Shown here: positions 50,923 to 62,632 of the stretch, piece by piece
Numbering within the stretch: position 1 is the stretch's first letter
How the letters are laid out: every line of letters starts with the position of its first letter
Origin: Haliotis rufescens
Taxonomy: Eukaryota
Direction: 5' to 3'
Assembly (NCBI RefSeq): GCF_023055435.1
Contig: NW_025964383.1
Location: 48,732,001 to 48,796,000, forward strand
DNA length: 64,000 bases
Program-made: the position numbers and the translations under genes
The notes under the pieces: model-generated
The model's input: only the letters and a program-made list of their open reading frames with translations
The model's database searches: none
Told to the model about the DNA's origin: nothing

Positions 50923-52149
50923 ACCCCCGCTTCACTGTCCAGTTTCCGACACCTTTCGGCAAAGCCGGCGGTCGCTGTTGTAAAGTGTCATTGCTTTCTT
51001 AGTGAGAGAATTCGTTACCCTTATACTTTGTTCTCTTGTGGTTAAATGACACACTCAAACCATGTATTGATTTGAACTTTGTTATCTCTTATAAGTTCGG
51101 TACCTTATTTATGTGTTGAAAATGTTTTTTTGACTATGATTTTCAAACATAAGGGTAATTTTTACGTACACTCAGATATTCTCATGCATTTGTGGTCATT
51201 GGTCCCCCCCTCCTCAACTAATGTACAGAGCTTGTTGTAAATCTTAAATGATACTATTTCATAACTTGATCATCTTTTTGTTTGGATTCTTATACCTACC
51301 GTATGGATATTGTAGTTTGTTTGCTATCGGTGTTTTTCAGAAACACACACTGGCTAGTGCCTCAGACTTTCTGTATTCCCCGATTGTCCAGAAGAGGTTG
51401 ACCCCTCCTCGGGCGATATAATAGTATATATTTACACTTTGTCAGGATCGTGTGTCGTTAACGCTACGATTTGTTTGGCCGTTTTAGGGGTCAGTGTGCT
51501 AATGAGTGGTCGCTTAAAACTCTGATTTCGTTAGTAAGAGATTATATGGCACTTTGGACCTAGTAATGACTGCCTGTATTGAGGTAAACTCAGTAACTAG
51601 GGTTTCCAATACTAAGTTTGTCAAGTAATCCGTGGATAACCAACCTTCCTGTGATTCTCTAGCTTTGGGGGACTTTTCGAATGTCCTTGCTAAGTCAAAG
51701 TGACTGAATCTACGGTCAATCACATTCTTTTGCTATGCAGACGTCTCGTCTATTTTATTGTCCGAGTGAATTATTTTAGGGATAGGCCCTGTGTGTTTAT
51801 TTCTCGTAATTTAACTTCCACGAGATCATTCACTCCTCAGAGTGTTGAGTTAATTTCCTTGGGTGTTAGTTGGTTGCAGCCGACTTAATGTGCTGTCATA
51901 GTGTAGTTTTATCTACTCTCATTTTATTACTCTAATACAGTTGCTTAGCTAAGCCGCTTTTGTATTTATTGTGGTATAATTAATCATTGATCTTTGTTGG
52001 CGCAACTTTAGCTTATTTGATCCTTTTATTGCCGTCTATTGGTAAAATAAATTGTTAATAATAAACCTGTGAAGTTATTTCCACGTTTTCATTGTTACTT
52101 TACTCATGTGTTATGATGCCCCTGATCACTGGATCGAAGCTCCGCGACA
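50897..52149 (+). mobile_element. Probable solo LTR
   Basis: Starts TGTCACGG, ends CCGCGACA (TG..CA, 7/8 inverted match); T-rich non-coding body; AATAAA twice about 90-100 bp before the end; no clear TSD. Confidence 0.5.
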
Positions 52150-52226
52150 TCTACTGATACATCATGTCTTTCCAGTAAATAATAAATAGCTGTTCACTAA
52201 CTATACAATAGTTTCGGTCTGTATTT

Positions 52227-52490
52227 GGGTGGTGGGGTAGCCTTGTTATTTAGGCGTTCTCTCGTCACGCAGAAGGCCCGGGTTTTATCTTCACATTGTG
52301 TGAGGCCCGTGTCCTGTGTCCCCACCATCATGCTGCTGGAATTGTCCTGGGCCCCGTTCCTCAAAGCGATCTTAGCGCTACGATGATCGTAAGCCTATGC
52401 TACAGTATGGGACTTACGATCACCTTAGCGCTAAGTTCGCTTTGTGGGACGGGGCTCTGGAGCAGCGTAAAACAATACCCTTTCACTGTT
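52227..52490 (+). mobile_element. Degenerate family A SINE interrupted by a MITE
   Basis: GGTGGGGTAGCC...CTCGTCACGCAGAAGGCCCGGGTT...GCTGGAAT [insert] GCAGCGTAAAACAATAC. Confidence 0.7.
52350..52456. mobile_element. 107-bp palindromic MITE, PIF/Harbinger-like
   Basis: Near whole-length hairpin GGCCCCGTTCCTCAAAGCGATCTTAGCGCTA...TAGCGCTAAGTTCGCTTTGTGGGACGGGGCT; CTG duplicated on both sides (3-bp CWG-type TSD). Confidence 0.8.
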
Positions 52491-52629
52491 TCTGTGAGTG
52501 GTAACATATTGCATAATCCATTTATACATGTGGGAAGATAAAACTGTTTTCAGTCGTGTCCAGTGACCATATCTAAAATTAGATCTTGCTTCACTGAGAC
52601 ATACTGGACAGGAACGATTTTGCTGTGTA

Positions 52630-52790
52630 AACGTCAGACGAATATTAATATATAATGGACAGTTGAATATGACATCACTTTCATCTCTGAGGACATTACA
52701 CCTGTAATTCACAACATACACATTCACGTGACAATGGTGTATTTCAACTGCATTGAGTCTCTGATAACAAGATGGTTGAAAACGATGTTA
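52630..52790 (-). mobile_element. Possible eroded non-LTR retrotransposon ORF2 C-terminal fragment
   Basis: RCNVLRDESDVIFNCPLYINIR resembles the C..EDExHF..xCPxYxxxR knuckle at the end of LINE ORF2. Confidence 0.4.
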
Positions 52791-52871
52791 TTGATGGCGC
52801 TAGCCCGTGTAACGCATGCAAAGACGAACATAACAAAGGAGAACAAAGCTATCACTGAACAGATTATATTG

Positions 52872-52901
52872 TAACCCTAACCCTGACCCTGACCCTGACC
52901 C
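52872..52901. repeat. Short interstitial telomere-like repeat (TAACCC)2(TGACCC)3
   Basis: Read directly from the sequence. Confidence 0.7.
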
Positions 52902-54747
52902 AGTGTAGATCAAGCTAAGATGGACACAACAATAAAGAACAAAGCTGTCAATGCACGTGCTGCCCCAACGTAAGTGGTGTCCATGGCGTTAGTCAAGTTG
53001 CAGTTTGGCCGAATCTGTTGGGAATCTGAACAACCTACTAGAATTATCCATCTTCTTCCAGATTTCCTGGATCCAAACTCCATGTCACTCCAATAGACAT
53101 TCAACCTTTCAAGAATAAATGCAGATGGCTGTCAGTCTATCTATCTAGCACAAGAATTATATACTAAATCAGAATTCCGGCAATAGTATAAGCACATGAT
53201 TATGAATCACTATCAAGTGATGATACCAGGTGTTCTCGGAAAGGTGAGCAAGCCCTGCCACATAGAGACACCCGTCACAAACACATGCAAAGGCAAGTGA
53301 AGTGTTCATCCAAACAAATACTGGAACACGCCACTGTGGGAACCGCATCAGACTCCAATGCTTCCAAATTGCTTTATAATAATTAAAAATGATATAAGCA
53401 ATTAAACATGTTGACTCGTTCCCCAACGAATGGATCTTGACATTGTTTGCGTCTCTGCTTTGCCCACATGCGCGCATTCTACCGCCGATGGTGTAACAGA
53501 ATATCATTGTACCAGGTCAAGTTCACTGTAGTCCGGCGTTATGAGGTGCACAGCAAGAGACATTAACGTTACAAGTCACAGTCCGTCCCCGATCCCCGGA
53601 CATTGGGCAGTAAGAGGTGAATGACCTTGTTTAACCAGCAGCAGCACACATACATTGTGCCCTTAACATGGTCAGGTCAATTCTACGCTGACTACTTGTT
53701 GTATAAGGACGATGGTTGCTCCCCAAAGTAAAACTACACTCGTCTCTACACAACTGGAAATACATCTTTCTAAGGCAAGGGAGTTAACTGACTATTAAAA
53801 TCCAGTTTCCATCCTTGACGAACAAGGCTAGAATTTCCAGGCTCGATCATTGTGCCGCCAGTGGCTATTACGAGTTATGCCCCTTCTATGTCACTTCTAC
53901 TGACCAATCAGATTCCACGTCTTATATCACTGGCCTTTGCTTCAAATAAAATGGCGGCGCCCTGTCAAAACGATTTGATCGATCATCAAGATCTATATTG
54001 TAAAAAAACGGGTCTTGCCTCGTGAGGTTGATCTTAATCACTTGAGCACCTTGAATAAAACACGATAAGATTTGCAAAAGATCTGTCGACGCCCAGTTTT
54101 GCACATGTTTTGTAAATCCTGCAGTCGACCGAAATCTGCTCGCCGAAATCTGCTCCAAGCTGTTTGCGAACCGGATGTCAAGTTCGTTACGCGATTTTGA
54201 TTGGTCGATACATAGACTCGTTAGTCCAGCCAAAATGTAGCTAGTTCGGCTTGGGTGGAAACTTGGCTTTTTTAGTCAGCTAACGCCCACGCCTGGGGGA
54301 GATGCTCCAATATGTGTGCACTGAATGTATGTAAAGAAAAGTATAGAATCTCGTCTATGTGGTTCGGACACTTGACCTTGGTTGGTCAGGGTACAGCGAC
54401 GCACGACCCTCAAGGCGCAGTGCAGGTGTGGGGTAGATGCCGGCTGAGGTGTGAGTAGGAGTTGGTTTCATCTCACACAAAGGATGGTTGTCTAAACCTC
54501 TCCTGTACTTGTGTTTGACTGGTCATGTCTTATCTTGAACAACCAATAACATTTTCCTCGCCGGAAGTGCAAATACTCGGTGTCCTATCTCTACATGGCG
54601 TACGTTATTGATTCATGAACGGGGTCCTTCATTCGTTTTATGGCAGTCCCATCCGATTCGTCGGAGTTCTGATACTGTTTTAAGACTTTGTTACAAATGT
54701 GTTGCACTGACCCAATGTCACGGGATCGCGCGTCCTTTCTGTAGTGA

Positions 54748-54888
54748 GGGGCGGTGGGGTAGCCTCGAGGTTAAATCGTTCGCTCGTCACGCCTAAGACC
54801 CGGGTTCGATTCCCGACATGGGCTCATTTCTGGTGTCCCCCTCGCTGATATTGCTGGAATATTGCTAAAAACCATACTCACTCACTCA
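54748..54888 (+). mobile_element. tRNA-derived SINE (family A)
   Basis: A/B boxes, (ACTC)n tail, TSD TTCTG(T/A)AGTG. Confidence 0.88.
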
Positions 54889-55840
54889 GTTCTGAAGTGG
54901 CAGCACTCAATTTTATTTCCTCGCCAGCCAATAGTTTTAAACGCTGACACCCTGTTATTATTAACGAGCATATGTTCTTAATATCGTTGTGCTGCCCTTT
55001 GTGTGAAGACGTCACTAACATACTATATCAAAGAGAACTAGACCACCCGATCAATCTAGTCGCCTCGTGCGATAAGCCCAGGTTGCCTGTAATGCCTGTC
55101 CCGGGATCACTCCGGCTCCTTCTCAGGGAGCAGCGCTGTTCCTGGAGTACGTGTTTTGTGGGTTGTACTGCACATGAACAGTTTTGTGTCGGAATAACTA
55201 TTAGTTGAAGCAATACACATGTTAATCCGTGATACTGTCATTATTCATATACACAAACAAACCCACTTTATTAATATTTATGCAAGACGTGTCAGCAATG
55301 CCCTTATTCAGGCTAAAGTATATTCACGCAACCGAATTTCAAATTTGAATTTCAAGATCTGTTAAACAACGAAAATTTTCTTTTTTAAAGAACTGACCCC
55401 ATATGTTTTATAGATAAGGGTAAAAAAGCCGGTTTGGACGCTGTTAATCTGCGAAGTCAATTTTTATCAATACAACATAACGTTTGTTAACGCAGCACAT
55501 GCCCCGTCGTTTATATTATCAGTCAATCCGGAAACAGTAGTCCTCTAGTTGGTGTGGGGTAAATGCTTTAGGTTCTTGGATCCAAAACGAAATAATATAT
55601 TGCTTTGTTAGCCTAAGAAATACCATGGATCTACACACAAGTTGTTTAATTTGAATGTTCATATGACGTCGTCATTATATAAAACACAGCACTTTTTCTC
55701 GTTGGGACTGAAAGTTTACTGTCACATGGCAAAATATAATTTGCGTATTATTAATGATCGGAGACAAAGGTATCTGATATATATCAAATGGTAAATGGTT
55801 CTTCTTCCTTACTCTGATAAACATATATATTAATGTATTC

Positions 55841-56100
55841 AGACCCGTGAAACTCCGGGTTAGAATTAGCCTTAAATTCAGCAACCCATGCTTGTCGTAA
55901 GAGGCGACTAACGGGATCGAGTGGTCAGGCTCGGTTGCTGGGTTGATGCATGTCATCGACTCTCAATAATAGCGTGGATCGATGCTCATAATGACAAACA
56001 CTGGTTTTTCTGGTCAAGTCTCAATTTACAAACCGCCGTCATATAGCTGTAATTTTGCTGAGTGCGGCGTTTAACAGCAAACAAACAACCAAACAAACAG
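55841..56100 (+). mobile_element. SINE-like family B, near full length
   Basis: AGACCCGTGAA...CATGCTTGTCGTAAGAGGCGACTAACGGG...GCTGAGTGCGGCGTT plus (AAAC)n. Confidence 0.88.
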
Positions 56101-57254
56101 TAATATTTTATTGATGCCGTTTTCGCGAAAAGAACTCTGGCGTCGTCTTGAAACAGTTGCGGTTTAGCCTGATCCCATCCAACTAGCACAGTGTGTAAAC
56201 AGGGGATGTTAGACTAACATATAGTCTCTGAAATGAACATATCATACAGAAAAAACAGTTGTTCAGTTATCTTAATAAAAATCTAATAAAAAGGGAGCCA
56301 AGTGATTCTCTTCATTTCCTGATACTGCAGTAATCTAGACTTGCCAAACATTATAGACTTGCATGGGCTGTAGTTGATATAAATTTACAGGGTCTGTAAG
56401 ACAGACTAAGGGGATGTCTGCTGTGTGAATCAACTCGCTACCACCTCAACTGCCACCAGGCAAGGATTAGACTGCGAACGCGGTGACGACGACAACAATC
56501 CCTGATGCAGCGCTAAATATAGATTTGTTCCGCGAGACCAGGCACGGATTCGGCGTCAGTGTTTCTATTGTGTTGTGATTCAAAGTCGTATTCACAGTCA
56601 AGACTCGCGGGTATGTAGGCGGATTGTGACGTTAGTTTCATGTCAGACTCGCGTGATAACATCCATATTTCCAAACCTAACATCCGTGGTTCTACTTTTA
56701 GCACGGGTTTTCCGTTTGTCTATTTATAGATACAGATCAGCGGCGTTTCCGCTTCTCCGTGTTACCAGCTGGCGAGGCGATCTGACAAGTAGCATCTGAC
56801 CTAGGGCATGTAACCGATCACCCTTCACAGCTTAGGAATACCGGTGGAGACGAGGTGAGATATGCCGGGTATTTGACTAATCTATATGTCACGTTTACCT
56901 CATTAAGTGATCTTACAATGTTTGCAAGTTTCGCGACTGAAACTATGATATATTTATCAATATCAGGTCATGCGATGAGATATGAACTTGCAATCTGACA
57001 CCTCAGTGTTTCTATCCCTCTCTTCTGTTTTGTTGAGAGAGCCGAATGAAAAGAGAATATTTTATATGCGGGGTACAAATTTTGTTAATAAGATGTAATG
57101 ATTCATACACATCTGTCTGTTAACTAATTCTTCTCTAACAACCTTATAAATACTTAAAACATTAAAAAATAATTGTGAGAAATGTCAATGTTCTTCTATG
57201 GTTAGCTAATAGTCACATGCCTTGACTGGTTACTCCACTTGCCTTGCCGTCACC

Positions 57255-57510
57255 AGACCCGTGAAGATCCGGGGTAGAATAGGCCTTCGGCAACCCATGC
57301 TTACGTAAAAGGCGACTAACGGGATCGGGTGGACAGGCTCGCTGACTTGCTTGATGCATGTAATGGTATCCCAGTTCCGTGGATCGATGCTCATGATATC
57401 AATCACCGGAGTGTCTGTTCCATACTCGATTATTTACAGACTGCCGTCATATAGCTGTAATATTGCTGAGTGCTGCTTTAAACAACAAACAAACAAACAA
57501 ACAAACAAAC
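57255..57510 (+). mobile_element. SINE-like family B, near full length
   Basis: Same body as 55841; (CAAA)n tail. Confidence 0.88.
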
Positions 57511-57833
57511 TCATTTTGAGTGATATATCATGTAATATTCACCACTAATGTGTCAGATAATCGAGACTGGTTATTCCCGGACGTTGACGTTGTATATTAG
57601 AAAGATGTCGCAAGCATGAACAAGATAAAGCTGCTTATCTTTATTGACATCGTTCCGGATTTGGATAAATTCAAACATTTGGCATCTGTCAGTCTGCGTC
57701 AAGGTCAGCTCATACAATTACTCCACTCATGAAAGCTTTTGATGTGAAAACAGAAATTGTGATAATTTTGAACGATTCCCTATCAATAGCATAAATAAAT
57801 AGAACGGCATGACTTGGTGTCGTTTCAGGAGCG

Positions 57834-57879
57834 ATGAATTCAGAACTGCTGATAATCCTCAATCTGTGCCTGACATTTG
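57834..57879 (+). CDS. Gene D coding exon 1: signal peptide start (paralogue of gene B)
   Basis: Acceptor CGTTTCAG; MNSELLIILNLCLTF; donor TTTG|GTAAGT (gene B: TTTG|GTGAGT), phase 1. Confidence 0.8.
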
Positions 57880-57896
57880 GTAAGTTGTAACATTCT

Positions 57897-59347
57897 GTTT
57901 GCTTGTCTAGGTCGGTTACACGTACTCAGTGTCCATGCTTGCTTGTCTAGGTCGGTTACACGTACTCAGTGTCCATGCTTGCTTGTCCAGGTCGGTTACA
58001 CGTACTCAGTGTCCATGTTTGCTTGTCTAGGTCGGTTACACGTACTCAGTGTCCATGCTTGCTTGTCCAGGTCGGTTACACGTACTCAGTGTCCATATTT
58101 GCTTGTCTAGGTCGGTTACACGTACTCAGTGTCCATGCTTGCTTGTCCAGGTCGGTTACACGTACTCAGTGTCCATGCTTGCTTGTCCAGGTCGGTTACA
58201 CGTACTCAGTGTCCATGCTTGCTTGTCTAGGTCGGTTACACGTACTCAGTGTCCATGCTTGCTTGTCTAGGTCGGTTACACGTACTCAGTGTCCATGCTT
58301 GCTTGTCTAGGTCGGTTACACGTACTCAGTGTCCATGCTTGCTTGTCTAAGTCGGTTACACGTACTCAGTGTCCATGCTTGCTTGTCTAGGTCGGTTACA
58401 CGTACTCAGTGTCCATGCTTGCTTGTCTAGGTCGGTTACACGTACTCAGTGTCCATGCTTGCTTGTCTAGGTCGGTTACACGTACTCAGTGTCCATGCTT
58501 GCTTGTCTAGGTCGGTTACACGTACTCAGTGTCCATGTTTGCTTGTCTAGGTCGGTTACACGTACTCAGTGTCCATGCTTGCTTGTCCAGGTCGGTTACA
58601 CGTACTCAGTGTCCATGCTTGCTTGTCCAGGTCGGTTACACGTACTCAGTGTCCATGCTTGCTTGTCTAGGTCGGTTACACGTACTCAGTGTCCATGCTT
58701 GCTTGTCTAGGTCGGTTACACGTACTCAGTGTCCATGCTTGCTTGTCTAGGTCGGTTACACGTACTCAGTGTCCATGCTTGCTTGTCTAGGTCGGTTACA
58801 CGTACTCAGTGTCCATGCTTGCTTGTCCAGGTCGGTTACACGTACTCAGTGTCCATGCTTGCTTGTCTAGGTCGGTTACACGTACTCAGTGTCCATGCTT
58901 GCTTGTCCAGGTCGGTTACACGTACTCAGTGTCCATGCTTGCTTGTCTAGGTCGGTTACACGTACTCAGTGTCCATGCTTGCTTGTCTAGGTCGGTTACA
59001 CGTACTCAGTGTCCATGCTTGCTTGTCTAGGTCGGTTACACGTACTCAGTGTCCATGCTTGCTTGTCCAGGTCGGTTACACGTACTCAGTGTCCATGCTT
59101 GCTTGTCTAGGTCGGTTACACGTACTCAGTGTCCATGCTTGCTTGTCCAGGTCGGTTACACGTACTCAGTGTCCATGCTTGCTTGTCCAGGTCGGTTACA
59201 CGTACTCAGTGTCCATGCTTGCTTGTCTAGGTCGGTTACACGTACTCAGTGTCCATGCTTGCTTGTCTAGGTCGGTTACACGTACTCAGTGTCCATGCTT
59301 GCTTGTCCAGGTCGGTTACACGTACTCAGTGTCCATGCTTGCTTGTT
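57897..59347. repeat. 40-bp satellite, about 36 copies, in gene D intron 1
   Basis: Unit GCTTGTCTAGGTCGGTTACACGTACTCAGTGTCCATGCTT. Confidence 0.98.
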
Positions 59348-59415
59348 CAGCACCTCCCCCCTGACGCACGGACCACGCCATGAGACGAGGCACAGGACAG
59401 GGAAGTTATCAGAAG

Positions 59416-59479
59416 GAATGTGAAAGTAACTGGTAGTCTGGTAATTGTGCTTGCGTGACTAAACTGGGGGAATTTCCCC
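59416..59479. promoter_or_regulatory. Candidate NF-kB site with adjacent IRF-like site
   Basis: GGGAATTTCC (59468-77) matches the kB consensus exactly; GAATGTGAAAGT (59416-27) is one mismatch from an IRF element. Motif match only. Confidence 0.3.
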
Positions 59480-59619
59480 AATGTCTTTGTGTCGGAAAGC
59501 ACGGCATATCCTATAGTTACGCCACCGCTGGTAAAGGGTTTGTGGGTGTTCTAGACGTGTATCTTCATGGTCGTATTGGCAGGGCGACAACACGTTTCAA
59601 CACGTGGTATTAGGCCGCC

Positions 59620-61890
59620 ATACAATGCATGATACAAAACACGATACACTACATCACATAAGACATGATACAGCGTGAGATACAATACATGATACAATAC
59701 ATGATACGATACACGATACAATACATGATACAATACATGACACCATACATGATACAATACATGATTCAATACATGGTGCAGGTACGATACAATATATGAT
59801 ACAATACATCATACATTACATGATACAATACATGGTGCAAAGTACGATACAATACATCATACAATACATCATACATTACATGATACAATACTTAATACAA
59901 TGTACGATACAGTAAATGATACAATACATGAAGCAAAATACGATACATTCATGATACAATACATCATACATGATACAATACTTGATACAATGTACGATAC
60001 AATACATGACACAATACCTGATACAATACATGATACAATGTACGATAAATACACGATACAATACATGATACTATACATCATACATTGCATGATACAATAC
60101 TTAATACAATGTACGATACAGTAAATGATACAATACATGATGCAAAATACGATACATTCATGATACAATACATCATACATGATACAATACTTGATACAAT
60201 GTACGATACAATACATGACACAATACCTGATACAATACATGATACAATGTACGATAAATACACGATACAATACATGATACTATACATGATACAATACAAT
60301 ATTACACTACACGATACAATACATGATACAATTTACGATAAATACATGATACAATAAATGAAACAATGCATGATAAAATACATAATACAATGTGCGATAC
60401 AATACATAATACAATGCACGATACAATACATGATACAGTGAACGATACAATACATGATACAATACATGATTCAATACATAATATAATGTGTGATACAATG
60501 CACGATGCAACGTACGATACAACACATGATGTAAAACATGACACAATACATTATACACTACATGATACAATACAATACATGATACAATATACGATACATT
60601 GTACGATACAATACATGCTACAATACATAATACAATGTGTGATACAATGCACGGTACAATACATGATGCAATACAATATTACAATACACGATACAATACA
60701 TGATACAAAACATGATACAATACACGATACAATACATGATACAATACATAATACAATGTGTGATACAATGCACGGTACAATACATGATACAATACATGAT
60801 GCAATACAATATTACAATACACGACACAATACATGATACAAAACATGATACAATACATGGTACAATACATGATACAATACACGATACAATACAATATAAC
60901 AATACACGATAAATACATGATACAATACATGATACAATACATAATACAATACATGACACAATTACGAAACAATACATGATACAATGTACGATACAACACA
61001 TGATACAACACATGATACGATACATCATACAATGTACTATACAATAGGTAATAAATTTACGATACAATACATGATACAATGTACGTTACAATACATGATA
61101 AAATGTACGATACAATACGTGATACAATGCAGGATACAATGCAAGATACAATCCATGATACACTGTACGATATAATACACAATACAATACATGATACAAT
61201 TTACGATACAATATATGATACAATACATGATACAGTGTAAGATACAAAACATGATACTATGTACGATAGAATACATTATACAATACACGATGCAATACAT
61301 GATTCAATGTACGATATAATACATGATGCAATGTACGATACAATAAATGCTGCACTACACGATACAATGTGCGATACAATACACGATACAAAACATGATG
61401 CAATACACGATACAATGTGCGATACAATACGCGATACAATGCATGATACAATATATGATACAATGCATGAAAGAATGTATGCTAGAATACATGATACAAT
61501 ACTCGATACGATGCATGATACAATGTGCAATGCAATACATGATACAATGTACAATACAATATATGATACAATGTACGATGCGATATATGATACAATACAT
61601 GATACAATGTACGATACAATAGATGAAACAATGTACGATACAATATATATTACAATACCTGATACAATGTACGATACAATACATGATACAGTGTACGATA
61701 CAATATATGACACAATGCATGATACATTGTACGATACAATCCATGATACAATTTCACGAAACAATACATGATACAGTACATGATACAATGTACGATACAA
61801 TACTCGATACAATACATGATACAATGTACGATACAATACGTGATACAATAATCGATGCACTACATGATGCAATAAACGATACAATACATG
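59620..61890. repeat. Degenerate ~12-bp (GATACAATACAT) minisatellite
   Basis: Diverged units; internal 209-bp duplication (59891 vs 60100). Confidence 0.95.
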
Positions 61891-62135
61891 ACGCCCTACA
61901 CTTGGCATGATAAAAAAACGTTCCCACTTTCAAGGGAAGTGAAAGTAGACTAAAGCATGTTTCATAGATTCGAGTCTATTAATCAAAAGGCGACTTGAGA
62001 CCAGAAGACATATGTTCATTTTATGTTCTTATCATGTATATCAGCCTTATATATCCATGCATCGTGTTGATGAATCGAGCAAGTTATTGCATTGTTTTGA
62101 CCGTTTTACTGGAATGTCTGTTTCTCCCCCTGCAG

Positions 62136-62408
62136 TGGTGTTCGGTGTATCGGGGAGCTGTGACCTAGGGACATATGGTCGGAACTGCGAGAAGAACTGC
62201 AGTCAGTACTGTGCCTCGGACATAGACGAGTATGTGCACTGTGATCAGTGGACTGGCCGTTGCTCTGAAGGGTGTGTTCCTGGCTGGTATGGTGGGACGT
62301 GTAACATTCCTTGCAGCAGCCACTGCAACAACAGGACCTGCAGCCAGCAAACTGGAAGCTGCACTCTGGGCTGCACAGAGAACCACACAGGGGATGACTG
62401 TGAGACAG
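62136..62408 (+). CDS. Gene D exon 2: short EGF-like ectodomain; rest of gene lies beyond the window or is lost
   Basis: Acceptor TTTCTCCCCCTGCAG; VVFGVSGSCDLGTYGRNC...VHCDQWTGRCSEGCV...GDDCET with 14 Cys collinear with gene B; ends CAG|GCATGT (GC donor, phase 1). Confidence 0.9.
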
Positions 62409-62632
62409 GCATGTTCAGCTTTGATTCAGTATTTTGAAGTAAATTACAATTGAAAAAATATATACCTCCACATCCAATGTGCTCACAGCACGACATTAAG
62501 ACACTGGGCAATGGATCAGAATGCAATCCAATTGCTGTCTCACTTCCCATACAACCACGGCTTACTTGTTCGTGCTGTTCTATCCACGATGCCGTACGTC
62601 GCTGGCATGCCATGGGATAGATGTCAAATTCA

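Noticed and set aside
46855-51045. 717-aa and other ORFs (VVILLVSRSSHR, LCHGLVTESLYC)
   Set aside because: Artefact of the 36-bp satellite; scattered stops and no non-repetitive domain.
59551-61910. Cys/Tyr/His-rich ORFs (MYCIVHC, HDTIHDT)
   Set aside because: Translations of the degenerate 12-bp repeat.
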